From: an uncultured Planctomycetia bacterium
GTDB taxonomy: Bacteria > Omnitrophota > Gorgyraeia > Tantalellales > Tantalellaceae
Assembly (NCBI GenBank): GCA_964409365.1
Contig: CAYPCX010000003.1
Location: 20,577 to 84,576 of the forward strand
DNA: 64,000 bases
Direction: 5' to 3'
The notes beneath the pieces were generated by a model that saw only the letters and a program-made list of their open reading frames with translations, searched no databases and had not been told where the DNA came from. Within the stretch, counting starts at the first letter, position 1. Each line of letters starts with the position of its first letter. The position numbers and the translations under genes were made by a program. Below are positions 29,573 through 37,834 of the stretch, in pieces.

Positions 29573-29959
29573 ATGTGCGCCGAATACGAGGAAAAACGCG
29601 AATTCCTGCGCGTTGATCACGAAACACCCCTGAACTTCAAGATCCTCAAAGACGATAAGATGGTAGTGAAATCCGATATCTTTTCAAGGAACGTCTCAGC
29701 CTGCGGGATACTTTTCCGCACCGGATCGGAATCGTCCATACCGGCGCTTTCGAGCGTCGTTTGGCTCGAACTGGACGAGAAGATGATGAACATCTGTTCA
29801 GAGATAGAAAACGACCTGATAATCCATAACAACGGTATTTTCGGCAGGGTCGTCAGGATAGCGGAAGGGGAGCCCGGCAAGTCCTATGATGTGGGCGTGG
29901 CGTTCCTCAGAAGAAAGGACCTCACCGAGGAGGAGATAAAGGATCTCATGAAAGATTGA
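29573..29959 (+). CDS. PilZ-domain protein (c-di-GMP binding)
   Basis: RxxxR (REFLR) and NxSxxG (NVSACG) PilZ motifs; ATG 29573 after AAGGGAGG. Confidence 0.65.
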   Translation: MCAEYEEKREFLRVDHETPLNFKILKDDKMVVKSDIFSRNVSACGILFRTGSESSIPALSSVVWLELDEKMMNICSEIENDLIIHNNGIFGRVVRIAEGEPGKSYDVGVAFLRRKDLTEEEIKDLMKD

Positions 29960-29993
29960 CCGCCGCGCGCGGGTCAAGATCAAGGAGAGTACA

Positions 29994-30233
29994 ATGGAGA
30001 CCATTAAAAATTTTATTATCGGCCTTTTCGTAATAATACTGTCGCTTTTACTGTTCGTGCTGATCGGCCTTTCCTGGCCGCTGCTTGTGGGGATAGGTTC
30101 GATCATCCTTTCGATCATCGCGGCGGGCCTGTTCATAGTCCTCATTTTCTACGTCATCGTACTGGTCGGTTACCTCACCAGGCAGTTCCTCAAGCGGAAA
30201 GAGCTGAACGCACCGGAGAAATCGGAGAAATAG
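29994..30233 (+). CDS. Small two-TM membrane protein (79 aa)
   Basis: Hydrophobic IIGLFVIILSLLLFVLIGLSWPLLVGIGSIILSIIAAGLFIVLIFYVIVLV; RBS AAGGAGAG. Confidence 0.5.
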   Translation: METIKNFIIGLFVIILSLLLFVLIGLSWPLLVGIGSIILSIIAAGLFIVLIFYVIVLVGYLTRQFLKRKELNAPEKSEK

Positions 30234-31538
30234 ATGAAAGTAGCGATAATAGGTACAGGCTACGTCGGGCTTACGACCGGCGTCTGCCTCGCGGACATAG
30301 GCCACAAAGTCGTTTGTGTCGACAACGACCAGGAGAAGCTGAAAAAGCTGAAGAAGGGCATATCTCCGATATTCGAGCCCGGTATCGAAGATCTGATGAA
30401 GCGGAACATAAAGGAAGGCAGGCTCGAATTCATACACGAGATACCGCCGGCGGTAAACGAGGCCGAGATAATATTCATCTGCGTGAACACGCCGCCCAAA
30501 GAGGACGGCCAGGCCGACCTGAGATACGTCGAACGGGTGGCAAGGGAGACCGCGCTGTCGATGGGTTCCGACTACAAAGTGATAGTGGACAAAAGCACCG
30601 TCCCGGTGAGGACGGCCGAGAAGGTCAAGGAGACCATTTCGCGTTACAGCACGGCTGAGACCAGATTTGACGTTGTTTCCAACCCTGAGTTCCTCAGGGA
30701 GGGCACGGCCGTGAAGGATACCCTGGAACCGGACAGGATAATCATAGGCGCCGACAGCGACAAGGCGAAGGAAAAGATGCTCGAATTGTATAAGCCTTTG
30801 ACCGGCGGTAAAGACGCTCCTATCCGGGTGGTCAACGTAAGGAGCGCCGAACTTATCAAGCACGGCGCGAACACTTTTCTGACCATCAAGATATCTTTCG
30901 CCAATCTCATCGCCCATGTATGCGAGGAAGCCCACGCGGACGCCCTGGAAGTGCTGGAGGCCATCGGCCTGGACAAGAGGATAGGGAGCCTTTTTCTCAA
31001 TCCGGGCATCGGTTTCGGCGGGAGCTGTTTTCCGAAGGATATCGCGGCTTTCAAGAACACACTGGAGATACTGGGCATCGACAACACGCTTATAAAGACC
31101 ATAGAGAAGATCAACGAACAGGCGCTCCACAATTTTCTCAACAAGATCGAAAAAGAACTATGGGTCGTTGACGGCAAGGTGATAGGCGTGCTGGGGCTGG
31201 CGTTTAAACCCGACACGGACGATATTCGCAACGCCCCCGCGCTGAAGGCGATAGAGAAGCTCAAGGCGGACGGGGCAAAGATAAAGGCTTACGACCCGCA
31301 GGCGATGGAGAGGGCGAAGGCCGTCATCCCGGACATCCGGTACTGTTCGGACCCCTATGAGGCCGCGAAGGAAAGTGAAGCCCTGCTCGTTTGCACCGAA
31401 TGGGAAGAATTTCGCCGGCTTGACCTTGAAAAGGTCAAAAAGCTCATGGCCATACCGGTGGTATTCGACGGCAGGAACATATACGAGCCTTCCAGGATGG
31501 CGGAGCTGGGGTTTAAGTATTTCGGGATAGGCCGCTGA
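30234..31538 (+). CDS. ugd: UDP-glucose 6-dehydrogenase family (nucleotide-sugar dehydrogenase)
   Basis: MKVAIIGTGYVGLTTGVCLADIGH Rossmann; GSCFPKD catalytic Cys; 434 aa. Confidence 0.85.
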   Translation: MKVAIIGTGYVGLTTGVCLADIGHKVVCVDNDQEKLKKLKKGISPIFEPGIEDLMKRNIKEGRLEFIHEIPPAVNEAEIIFICVNTPPKEDGQADLRYVERVARETALSMGSDYKVIVDKSTVPVRTAEKVKETISRYSTAETRFDVVSNPEFLREGTAVKDTLEPDRIIIGADSDKAKEKMLELYKPLTGGKDAPIRVVNVRSAELIKHGANTFLTIKISFANLIAHVCEEAHADALEVLEAIGLDKRIGSLFLNPGIGFGGSCFPKDIAAFKNTLEILGIDNTLIKTIEKINEQALHNFLNKIEKELWVVDGKVIGVLGLAFKPDTDDIRNAPALKAIEKLKADGAKIKAYDPQAMERAKAVIPDIRYCSDPYEAAKESEALLVCTEWEEFRRLDLEKVKKLMAIPVVFDGRNIYEPSRMAELGFKYFGIGR

Positions 31539-31556
31539 ACGACCGGATCACAAATA

Positions 31557-31829
31557 ATGGACAGCGAAAGGTACGAAAAATATTCGTCAGAAAAAGAAAG
31601 CGCGTTCGAAGCGTTATGTAAAAGATGCGGCGAATGCTGCGGCGCGAGCGGTGACCCCTGCGTGAATCTTGCCCGCCGCGACGACGGGACGTTCTTCTGC
31701 AGGGATTACGAGGGCCGGCTGGGCCCGCAGGTGACCGTCTCGGGAAAAAAATTCCACTGTATCCCTATCCGGGATTACATCAACCACGGGACCCTCAAGG
31801 ACAACTGCGCCTACCGGGTAAAGCTCTAA
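31557..31829 (+). CDS. Cys-rich small protein, CxxCxxCC zinc/iron-chelating (YkgJ/UPF0153-like)
   Basis: CKRCGECCGASGDPC ... C...C...C pattern; 90 aa. Confidence 0.5.
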   Translation: MDSERYEKYSSEKESAFEALCKRCGECCGASGDPCVNLARRDDGTFFCRDYEGRLGPQVTVSGKKFHCIPIRDYINHGTLKDNCAYRVKL

Positions 31830-32425
31830 GCTTTTTTCCTGTCAGTAAGAAGCCAGACGATCCCCACCAGGAATATGAAGAGGAACGAGTACATCGAGTA
31901 CCACAGGCCGTCCATTATGGTTATCTGTACCACCTGGCTCGAGACGTCCATAGTGTAAAGATTGTAAAGGCCCGCTATGGATATCGCGCCCCCGATCAGA
32001 AGCATGGGTATCACGTACAACCTGTTCGAAAGGCCCAGGAAGGCCAGAAAAGCGCAGACAACGGCCAGGCCGGGCAGAAGGTAGACGAGGTAGCTTTTCT
32101 TGTCGATGCCTTTCGGGCTGTTGAACAATGTCTCGGCAAGCGAAAGGGCGACCTTAGAGCTTTCGTCGTTGACCATTTTCGGCACCTGGAAGCCTGTAAC
32201 GGTCGTCTTGATCTCCACGTCCCCGCCGATGGCGCTTATCGCGTCTGTAAAGGCGGCGATCTTGCCGACCACTTTACTGGCATAGGGGGTATCTTCCACA
32301 GATTTGGTGACCTCTTTCGATATGCCGGTCACGGAAGTGGCGACTTTCGCCCACGGCATGAAAAAAGCGACAACGATCAACGCGCTCGCGGCAACCACCA
32401 GACATACGAAAAATAATCGTTTCAT
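31826..32425 (-). CDS. Hypothetical membrane protein (199 aa, 4-5 TM)
   Basis: Hydrophobic segments; convergent with preceding gene (4-nt overlap); no recognisable motif. Confidence 0.5.
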   Translation of the reverse strand: MKRLFFVCLVVAASALIVVAFFMPWAKVATSVTGISKEVTKSVEDTPYASKVVGKIAAFTDAISAIGGDVEIKTTVTGFQVPKMVNDESSKVALSLAETLFNSPKGIDKKSYLVYLLPGLAVVCAFLAFLGLSNRLYVIPMLLIGGAISIAGLYNLYTMDVSSQVVQITIMDGLWYSMYSFLFIFLVGIVWLLTDRKKA

Positions 32426-32482
32426 AACAAAACCCCCTTTTCAGGCAATTATACACCTTCTTATATCAGACCACAAGTATCG

Positions 32483-32680
32483 GTTTCAGGTTTCTGGTCC
32501 AAGGTCTCTTTTTAGTGTCAGAGTGTCACCACTCACTTCGTTCGTTAGTGTCAAAGTGTCAGAGTTTTCTGTGATACTATGACACTGGTGAGCATGACGA
32601 ACGATGACGCTGTGACACTTCCCTCCGTCTCCTTTTTCCACCTACCACCTGATACCTGACACTTGATACCTGATACCTGA
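32483..32680. repeat. Composite intergenic repeat element B in the 327-nt divergent region: CAGGT-like units, 4x GTGTCA, CGTTCGTT, imperfect inverted copy (TGACAC...GAACGA), 4x TACCTGA
   Basis: ggtttcaggtttctggtccaaggtctc...agtgtcagagtgtcaccactcacttcgttcgttagtgtcaaagtgtcagag...tatgacactggtgagcatgacgaacgatgacgctgtgacac...cacctgatacctgacacttgatacctgatacctga. Confidence 0.75.
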
Positions 32681-32688
32681 TTTATTTC

Positions 32689-32718
32689 TTGACACTTTAA
32701 CCGTCTGGCAAATAAAAT
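32689..32718 (+). promoter_or_regulatory. Putative sigma70 promoter for malic enzyme gene (TTGACA-18 nt-TAAAAT)
   Basis: TTGACA 32689-32694; TAAAAT 32713-32718; ~35 nt upstream of ATG 32753. Confidence 0.45.
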
Positions 32719-32752
32719 AAAGTCCGAACAGCACAACAGAAACGGAAATGAC

Positions 32753-34021
32753 ATGCCCGCAAGTAAGTTTACGATGACCGACGAAGAGATCTTCGAATAT
32801 CACCTCGGCGGCAAGATCGGCCTTGAGCTTCTAAAGGAACTGGCCGATCAGAAGGACTTGAGCATGGCCTATACCCCCGGGGTCTCGAAGATATGCCAGG
32901 CTATCCAGAACGACGGGGACCTTGTCTACAACCTTACCGCCAAGGGCAACCTCGTGGCGGTGGTCACCGACGGAACGGCGGTCCTCGGACTGGGGAACAT
33001 AGGCGCCAGGGCCTCGATCCCCGTGATGGAAGGCAAAGCGGTGCTTTTCAAGGCGTTCGCCGGCGTCGACGCCTGGCCGGTACCGTTAGAAGGGGTCCTT
33101 GACGCGGGCGGGCATACAGACGTGGACAAGTTCACGGACGCCGTGCGGAAGATAGCCTGCATGTACGGCGGCATCAACCTCGAGGATGTAGCCGCCCCGG
33201 CGTGCTTTGAGCTGGAAGACCGGCTGGACGAGATGCTGGACATCCCCGTGTTCCACGACGACCAGTGGGGAACGGGTATTATAACGCTCGCGGCTTTTAA
33301 GAACTACTGCGTGGTTTCCGGAAAAAAAGCGAAGGACCTTTCAGTGGTCATAAACGGCGCCGGCGCCGCCGGCCTCCGAATAGCCGAGATGATCAAGACC
33401 GACGGCGTGAGAGACTGCGTCATATGCGATTCGAAAGGGGTGATGTACGAAGGCAGGGACAATCTCAACACGCGCAAGCTGGCGCATGCCGTAGACACCC
33501 CCAAGAGGACGCTTGCCGACGCCATGAAAGGCGCCGATGTCTTTATAGGCGTCTCCGTCGCCGATTGCGTCACCCCGGAGATGGTGGTTTCCATGGCCGA
33601 CTTCCCTGCCATATTCGCGATGGCCAACCCGGTACCCGAGATACGCCCGGAGGCGGTGCAGGAATGCATGAAGGGCAGAAAATACGTAATGGCCACCGGG
33701 AGGTCCGATTACCCGAACCAGGTCAACAACGTTCTCGGGTTCCCGTTCATATTTCGCGGGGCGCTTGATGTCCGGGCCGGAAAGATCACGATGGGCATGA
33801 AGATAGCCGCCGCGGAAGCTCTCGCCGCCCTGGCACGCGACGGGAACGTCCCCGGGAAGGTCAAGAAGGCCTACGGCCACGATTTCGAATTCGGGCCGGA
33901 CTACCTCATACCGACCCCGTTCGACCCGAGGATAATCGACTGGGAGGCGAAGGCCGTCGCGGAAACGGCCATCAAAGAAGGCGTGGCATCCGTCACCGAG
34001 CTCCCCGAACAATACCGCTGA
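32753..34021 (+). CDS. NAD(P)-dependent malic enzyme (short form, no PTA domain)
   Basis: LSMAYTPGV, GNIGARASIPVMEGKAVLFK, NGAGAAGL (NAD site); 422 aa. Confidence 0.85.
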   Translation: MPASKFTMTDEEIFEYHLGGKIGLELLKELADQKDLSMAYTPGVSKICQAIQNDGDLVYNLTAKGNLVAVVTDGTAVLGLGNIGARASIPVMEGKAVLFKAFAGVDAWPVPLEGVLDAGGHTDVDKFTDAVRKIACMYGGINLEDVAAPACFELEDRLDEMLDIPVFHDDQWGTGIITLAAFKNYCVVSGKKAKDLSVVINGAGAAGLRIAEMIKTDGVRDCVICDSKGVMYEGRDNLNTRKLAHAVDTPKRTLADAMKGADVFIGVSVADCVTPEMVVSMADFPAIFAMANPVPEIRPEAVQECMKGRKYVMATGRSDYPNQVNNVLGFPFIFRGALDVRAGKITMGMKIAAAEALAALARDGNVPGKVKKAYGHDFEFGPDYLIPTPFDPRIIDWEAKAVAETAIKEGVASVTELPEQYR

Positions 34022-34041
34022 CAGGCCCGGGCTCTATCGCT

Positions 34042-35043
34042 TTGAGAAAAAGGCAGGTTAAGGTGGACAGCTTTTTTTACAATCTTGAGTCATTCCTCAA
34101 AGAGCGCATATCACGAAAAAGGTTCCTGAAAGTCTGCCTGGGCGGGTTCGTCCTTTTCCTTTCGAACAGCACCTTTCTGAAGGCCGCTTTCGCCAAAGCG
34201 GCCCCATCCAACGGCAGGCCGAAAAAGGACATAAAAGGGGACCACGACCTGGTGCTTGCCGGGGGCAAAGACCCGTACACGAACACGGTGAAAGCCGTGG
34301 AGAAGATGGGCGGGATGGGAAGATTCGTAAAGGAGGGCGACGTGGTGGTCGTAAAGCCGAACATGGCGTGGGACCGCACCCCGGCGCAGGCCGCCAACAC
34401 CGACCCGCAGGTCGTGGCCGCGCTCGTCGATATGTGCTACGAAGCCGGGGCTAAAAGGGTGAACGTGTTCGATATTCCCTGCAACGAGGACAAGTTCTGC
34501 TATGAGCACAGCGGCATAGCGAAGGCCGCAAAAGAAAGCGGCGCCCACGTGTATTACGCGAACCACTGGAACGTGCTCAAAGCGCGTTTTTCATACAAGA
34601 GCCCCATGGAGAACTGGCCGATACTCAGGGATGCCGTGAAATGCGATACGTTCATAAACGTCCCCGTCCTTAAACACCACGGGCTTACGGGCCTGACGCT
34701 TTCGATGAAGAACCTGATGGGGGTTTGCAGCGGCACCAGGGGGCTGATACACATGGATATCGGAAGGAAACTGGTCGATCTTACCGATTTCATCAACCCC
34801 GACCTTACGGTCGTAGACGCGACGCGCGTGCTCGTGAAACACGGCCCGAGCGGGGGCAACCTTGAAGACGTCAAAGAGATTGACAAGGTCATAGTCGCGA
34901 CGGATCCCACTCTCGCCGACGCTTTTGCCTGCACGCTTGTAAACCGCGACCCGATGACCGTTCCCTATATAAAGAACGCGGCCCAGCGCGGTTTCGGGAA
35001 CACGGATATCTCGAAAGCCGACATCCTCAGGGTAAACACATGA
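34042..35043 (+). CDS. DUF362-domain protein with Tat-type signal peptide
   Basis: SRKRFLKVCLGGFVLFL...AFAKA signal (KR twin-arginine variant); DUF362-like body (VVVKPNMAW..., HHGLTGLTLSMKNLMG). Start TTG 34042 or GTG 34063. Confidence 0.55.
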   Translation: MRKRQVKVDSFFYNLESFLKERISRKRFLKVCLGGFVLFLSNSTFLKAAFAKAAPSNGRPKKDIKGDHDLVLAGGKDPYTNTVKAVEKMGGMGRFVKEGDVVVVKPNMAWDRTPAQAANTDPQVVAALVDMCYEAGAKRVNVFDIPCNEDKFCYEHSGIAKAAKESGAHVYYANHWNVLKARFSYKSPMENWPILRDAVKCDTFINVPVLKHHGLTGLTLSMKNLMGVCSGTRGLIHMDIGRKLVDLTDFINPDLTVVDATRVLVKHGPSGGNLEDVKEIDKVIVATDPTLADAFACTLVNRDPMTVPYIKNAAQRGFGNTDISKADILRVNT

Positions 35044-36563
35044 GAAAACTGGTCATAGCGAGACGGGCTTCCCAGGCTTTTTTTCTTTGTCTTTTCATCT
35101 ATATCCTGTGGTCGACGACGTATCCCCTGAAAGGGCTTTTTCCCACAAAGACGTTCTTCCACACGAACCCCCTCATCATGATATTCACCTCGGTGAGCGA
35201 ACGCCTGCTGCTTGCGGGGCTTATCTTCGCCCTTGTGATGCTGGTCCTGACGCTTGTCGTGGGAAGGTTCTATTGCGGATGGATCTGCCCCCTGGGGACG
35301 ATGATCGACTGGACGGGCGCGCTCAGGAAGAAGAAACCGCACCCCGGCGACCGGGTGAACCGCTGGATCAGGAAGGGGAAGTTCCTGACACTTGCCGTTA
35401 TAGCCGGTTTTTCGCTGGCCGGCATACAGGCCGCGTGGATACTCGACCCGATGGTGATAACGGCCCGGTTCGTGTCACTCTTCCTGATCCCCACGATTAC
35501 ACTGCTTCTTAACAAGGTTTTCGTGATACTGATAAGGGACCTGGGGTTTTACGGCCGCGTCCAGGACGTCTATCACGGGCTGAGATCGTCGCTCCTGGGC
35601 ATAGAGCCGCATTATTTCTCAAGTTCACCGGTAATATTCCTGTTCTTCCTGCTTGTGATCTCGTCGGCGCTTTTTATCTCCAGGCTCTGGTGCCGGGCCG
35701 TTTGTCCGCTGGGCGGCCTTTACGCGGTCGTATCCAGATTTTCTTTTATGAGCAGGGTGGTCGGCGACTGTGTCGGATGCCACACGTGCGTTCCGCTTTG
35801 CCGGACAGGCGCGATAATGGACGGCCGAAGTTACGCGAAGGGGGAATGCATACTATGCATGGACTGCGTCTACGCCTGTCCTCCCGGTGTCACGAAGTTC
35901 GCACTCCCGGCGGTCGGCAGGCGTGCCGATAAAGGCACTTTATCCCGTGCCGAAAAGGAAAACGGCGTCTCCAGGAAAAACTTCATATTTCTCATGCTGG
36001 GCTCATTTCTCGCGATGGGTTTCAACTGGCCCGAACGCGATCGGGCCACCGGTGCTGTCATAAGGCCGCCCGGGTCCCTGAAGGAAGATGAGTTCCTGTC
36101 ACGGTGCATACGATGCGGCAACTGCATGAAAGTATGCCCCACGAACGGGCTCCAGCCGACAGTGCTCCAGACAGGGTTGGAGGGGATCTGGACGCCGCAC
36201 CTCGTGCCGGAGATAGGGTACTGCGAATATAAATGCACCCTTTGCGGCGAGGTCTGCCCGACCGGAGCTATCCCGCAGATCGATCTCTGGAAAAAGAAAA
36301 GGACAAAACTGGGCACCGCCAAAGTGGACCGGTCTCTCTGTGTCGCCTGGTCGAAGAACTGGCACTGCGTGGTATGCGAGGAGCACTGCCCCGTGTACGA
36401 TAAAGCTATAAGGGTGAAAGAAGAACTCGTGGACGGGGTTATCATCAAGAAGCCCTATGTCCTGCCGGACCTCTGCGTGGGGTGCGGCATATGCCAGGCC
36501 AAATGCCCGGTACGCCCGGTAAGGGCCATCAAGGTCAGCCCCGAGGGGGCCGACAGGACTTAA
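35040..36563 (+). CDS. NapH/MauN-like polytopic membrane polyferredoxin (CX3CP motifs plus four 4Fe-4S CxxCxxCxxxCP motifs)
   Basis: RFYCGWICPLGT and RLWCRAVCPLGG (NapH-type); CIRCGNCMKVCP, CTLCGEVCP, CVVCEEHCP, CVGCGICQAKCP ferredoxin motifs; 4-nt overlap with DUF362 gene. Confidence 0.7.
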   Translation: MRKLVIARRASQAFFLCLFIYILWSTTYPLKGLFPTKTFFHTNPLIMIFTSVSERLLLAGLIFALVMLVLTLVVGRFYCGWICPLGTMIDWTGALRKKKPHPGDRVNRWIRKGKFLTLAVIAGFSLAGIQAAWILDPMVITARFVSLFLIPTITLLLNKVFVILIRDLGFYGRVQDVYHGLRSSLLGIEPHYFSSSPVIFLFFLLVISSALFISRLWCRAVCPLGGLYAVVSRFSFMSRVVGDCVGCHTCVPLCRTGAIMDGRSYAKGECILCMDCVYACPPGVTKFALPAVGRRADKGTLSRAEKENGVSRKNFIFLMLGSFLAMGFNWPERDRATGAVIRPPGSLKEDEFLSRCIRCGNCMKVCPTNGLQPTVLQTGLEGIWTPHLVPEIGYCEYKCTLCGEVCPTGAIPQIDLWKKKRTKLGTAKVDRSLCVAWSKNWHCVVCEEHCPVYDKAIRVKEELVDGVIIKKPYVLPDLCVGCGICQAKCPVRPVRAIKVSPEGADRT

Positions 36564-36573
36564 AGAGCCATAC

Positions 36574-37113
36574 ATGCTCACGTACAGGATAAAGCTCAGC
36601 AAATTCCTTTCATATGTCCTGAGGCACGCGCCGGAAAGGTTCGGCCTTGAGCTTGACAGGTACGGGTTCGGTCCGCTTGAGGATGTGCTCCATATACTGA
36701 AAAAGAGGTTCAGGAATTTCAAAAAAGAGGATCTTTTTGACCTCGTACGGGACGACCAGAAGGGACGTTTCCAGATCGTCCACGGCAGGATAAGGGCCGT
36801 GTACGGCCATTCCATAACGGTCATACCGAGATCCGGGAACGTAACGCCGCCGGAGACGCTTTACCACGGGACTTCCGCGGCAAGCGCCGATAGGATACTG
36901 AGAGACGGTCTTATGCCCATGGGGAGGCAGTTCGTGCATCTCAGCGTCAGCGACGAGGACGCTCGCATGGTCGGCAAAAGGCACGACGAAAGCCCGGTTA
37001 TACTGGAGATCACGGCCGGGGAAGCCTCTCTCGGCGGTGTGGAGTTCTGGAAAGAAGGCAAACTTTTTCTTGCAAAACGTATCCCCGCGGAATATATTAG
37101 AAAAAGACCCTGA
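36574..37113 (+). CDS. kptA: RNA 2'-phosphotransferase, Tpt1/KptA family
   Basis: LSKFLSYVLRHAPERFGLELDRYGF...; HGT..., 179 aa. Confidence 0.8.
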   Translation: MLTYRIKLSKFLSYVLRHAPERFGLELDRYGFGPLEDVLHILKKRFRNFKKEDLFDLVRDDQKGRFQIVHGRIRAVYGHSITVIPRSGNVTPPETLYHGTSAASADRILRDGLMPMGRQFVHLSVSDEDARMVGKRHDESPVILEITAGEASLGGVEFWKEGKLFLAKRIPAEYIRKRP

Positions 37114-37125
37114 ACAAGGAAGGCG

Positions 37126-37521
37126 GTGCGCATGTTGTCCAAAAAGTTCCTCGAGGATATACTTTGTAAATATCCCGAGCTTATCGATCCCGGTTGTACG
37201 GTCAGGGACAGAGGCGTGAACCTGTACGGCCAGGAAGTGGACATCCTTCTCGAGGACAGGGCGGGAAAAAGGACAGCCGTCCAGGTCAAGGCCAGCCCCA
37301 TAGAGAAAGAGCACGTAGGCGAGATAGTCTCTTACCAGAACGCCATACTCGCGGGCGAGGCCCCTGACGTCAGCGTCATGATGGTATCCGACAAGGTGCC
37401 TCCGCATCTCCAGACGGCGTTCGAACACAACGGGGTGGCGTGGAAAGAGATAACTCGCTTTCAGATAAAAGAACATCTTTCCAAACGTAACGACCGGGAA
37501 ATGCTCGGGCTTTTGGATTAA
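37126..37521 (+). CDS. Hypothetical protein, possible PD-(D/E)xK-like nuclease fold
   Basis: EVDILLEDRAGKRTAVQVKA resembles D-x(n)-(E/Q)-x-K nuclease core; weak. Confidence 0.3.
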   Translation: MRMLSKKFLEDILCKYPELIDPGCTVRDRGVNLYGQEVDILLEDRAGKRTAVQVKASPIEKEHVGEIVSYQNAILAGEAPDVSVMMVSDKVPPHLQTAFEHNGVAWKEITRFQIKEHLSKRNDREMLGLLD

Positions 37522-37551
37522 AGTCTATTCACAAAAAAAGGGGAGGGAACA

Positions 37552-37806
37552 ATGGAGGAGAAAGAAATAGGCGTCATAACGCATTATTTCGGCCATATCA
37601 GTGTCGGCATAATCGAACTCACCGACACCCTTAAGGTGGGCGACAAGGTCCACATAAAGGGCCATTCCGAGGATTTCACGGAGACAGTGGGTACGATGCA
37701 GATCGAGCACGAGGACGTGGCCGAAGCGAAAGCCGGGGACCTCGTGGGCATCAACGTCACCCAGAAAGTGCATCCGCACGACAAAGTGTACAAAGTGACC
37801 GAATGA
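37552..37806 (+). CDS. Small hypothetical protein (84 aa), beta-barrel-like
   Basis: RBS GGGGAGGG; no motif recognised. Confidence 0.4.
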   Translation: MEEKEIGVITHYFGHISVGIIELTDTLKVGDKVHIKGHSEDFTETVGTMQIEHEDVAEAKAGDLVGINVTQKVHPHDKVYKVTE

Positions 37807-37834
37807 CCGGAGAAAGGGCCTACTTTATCAGCTG

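Noticed and set aside
24963-32700. CRISPR array hypothesis for the CAGGT/GTGTCA tandem units
   Set aside because: The units are 5-7 nt, not 24-48 nt repeats with unique spacers, and there are no cas genes. They are microsatellite-like or regulatory repeats, not CRISPR.
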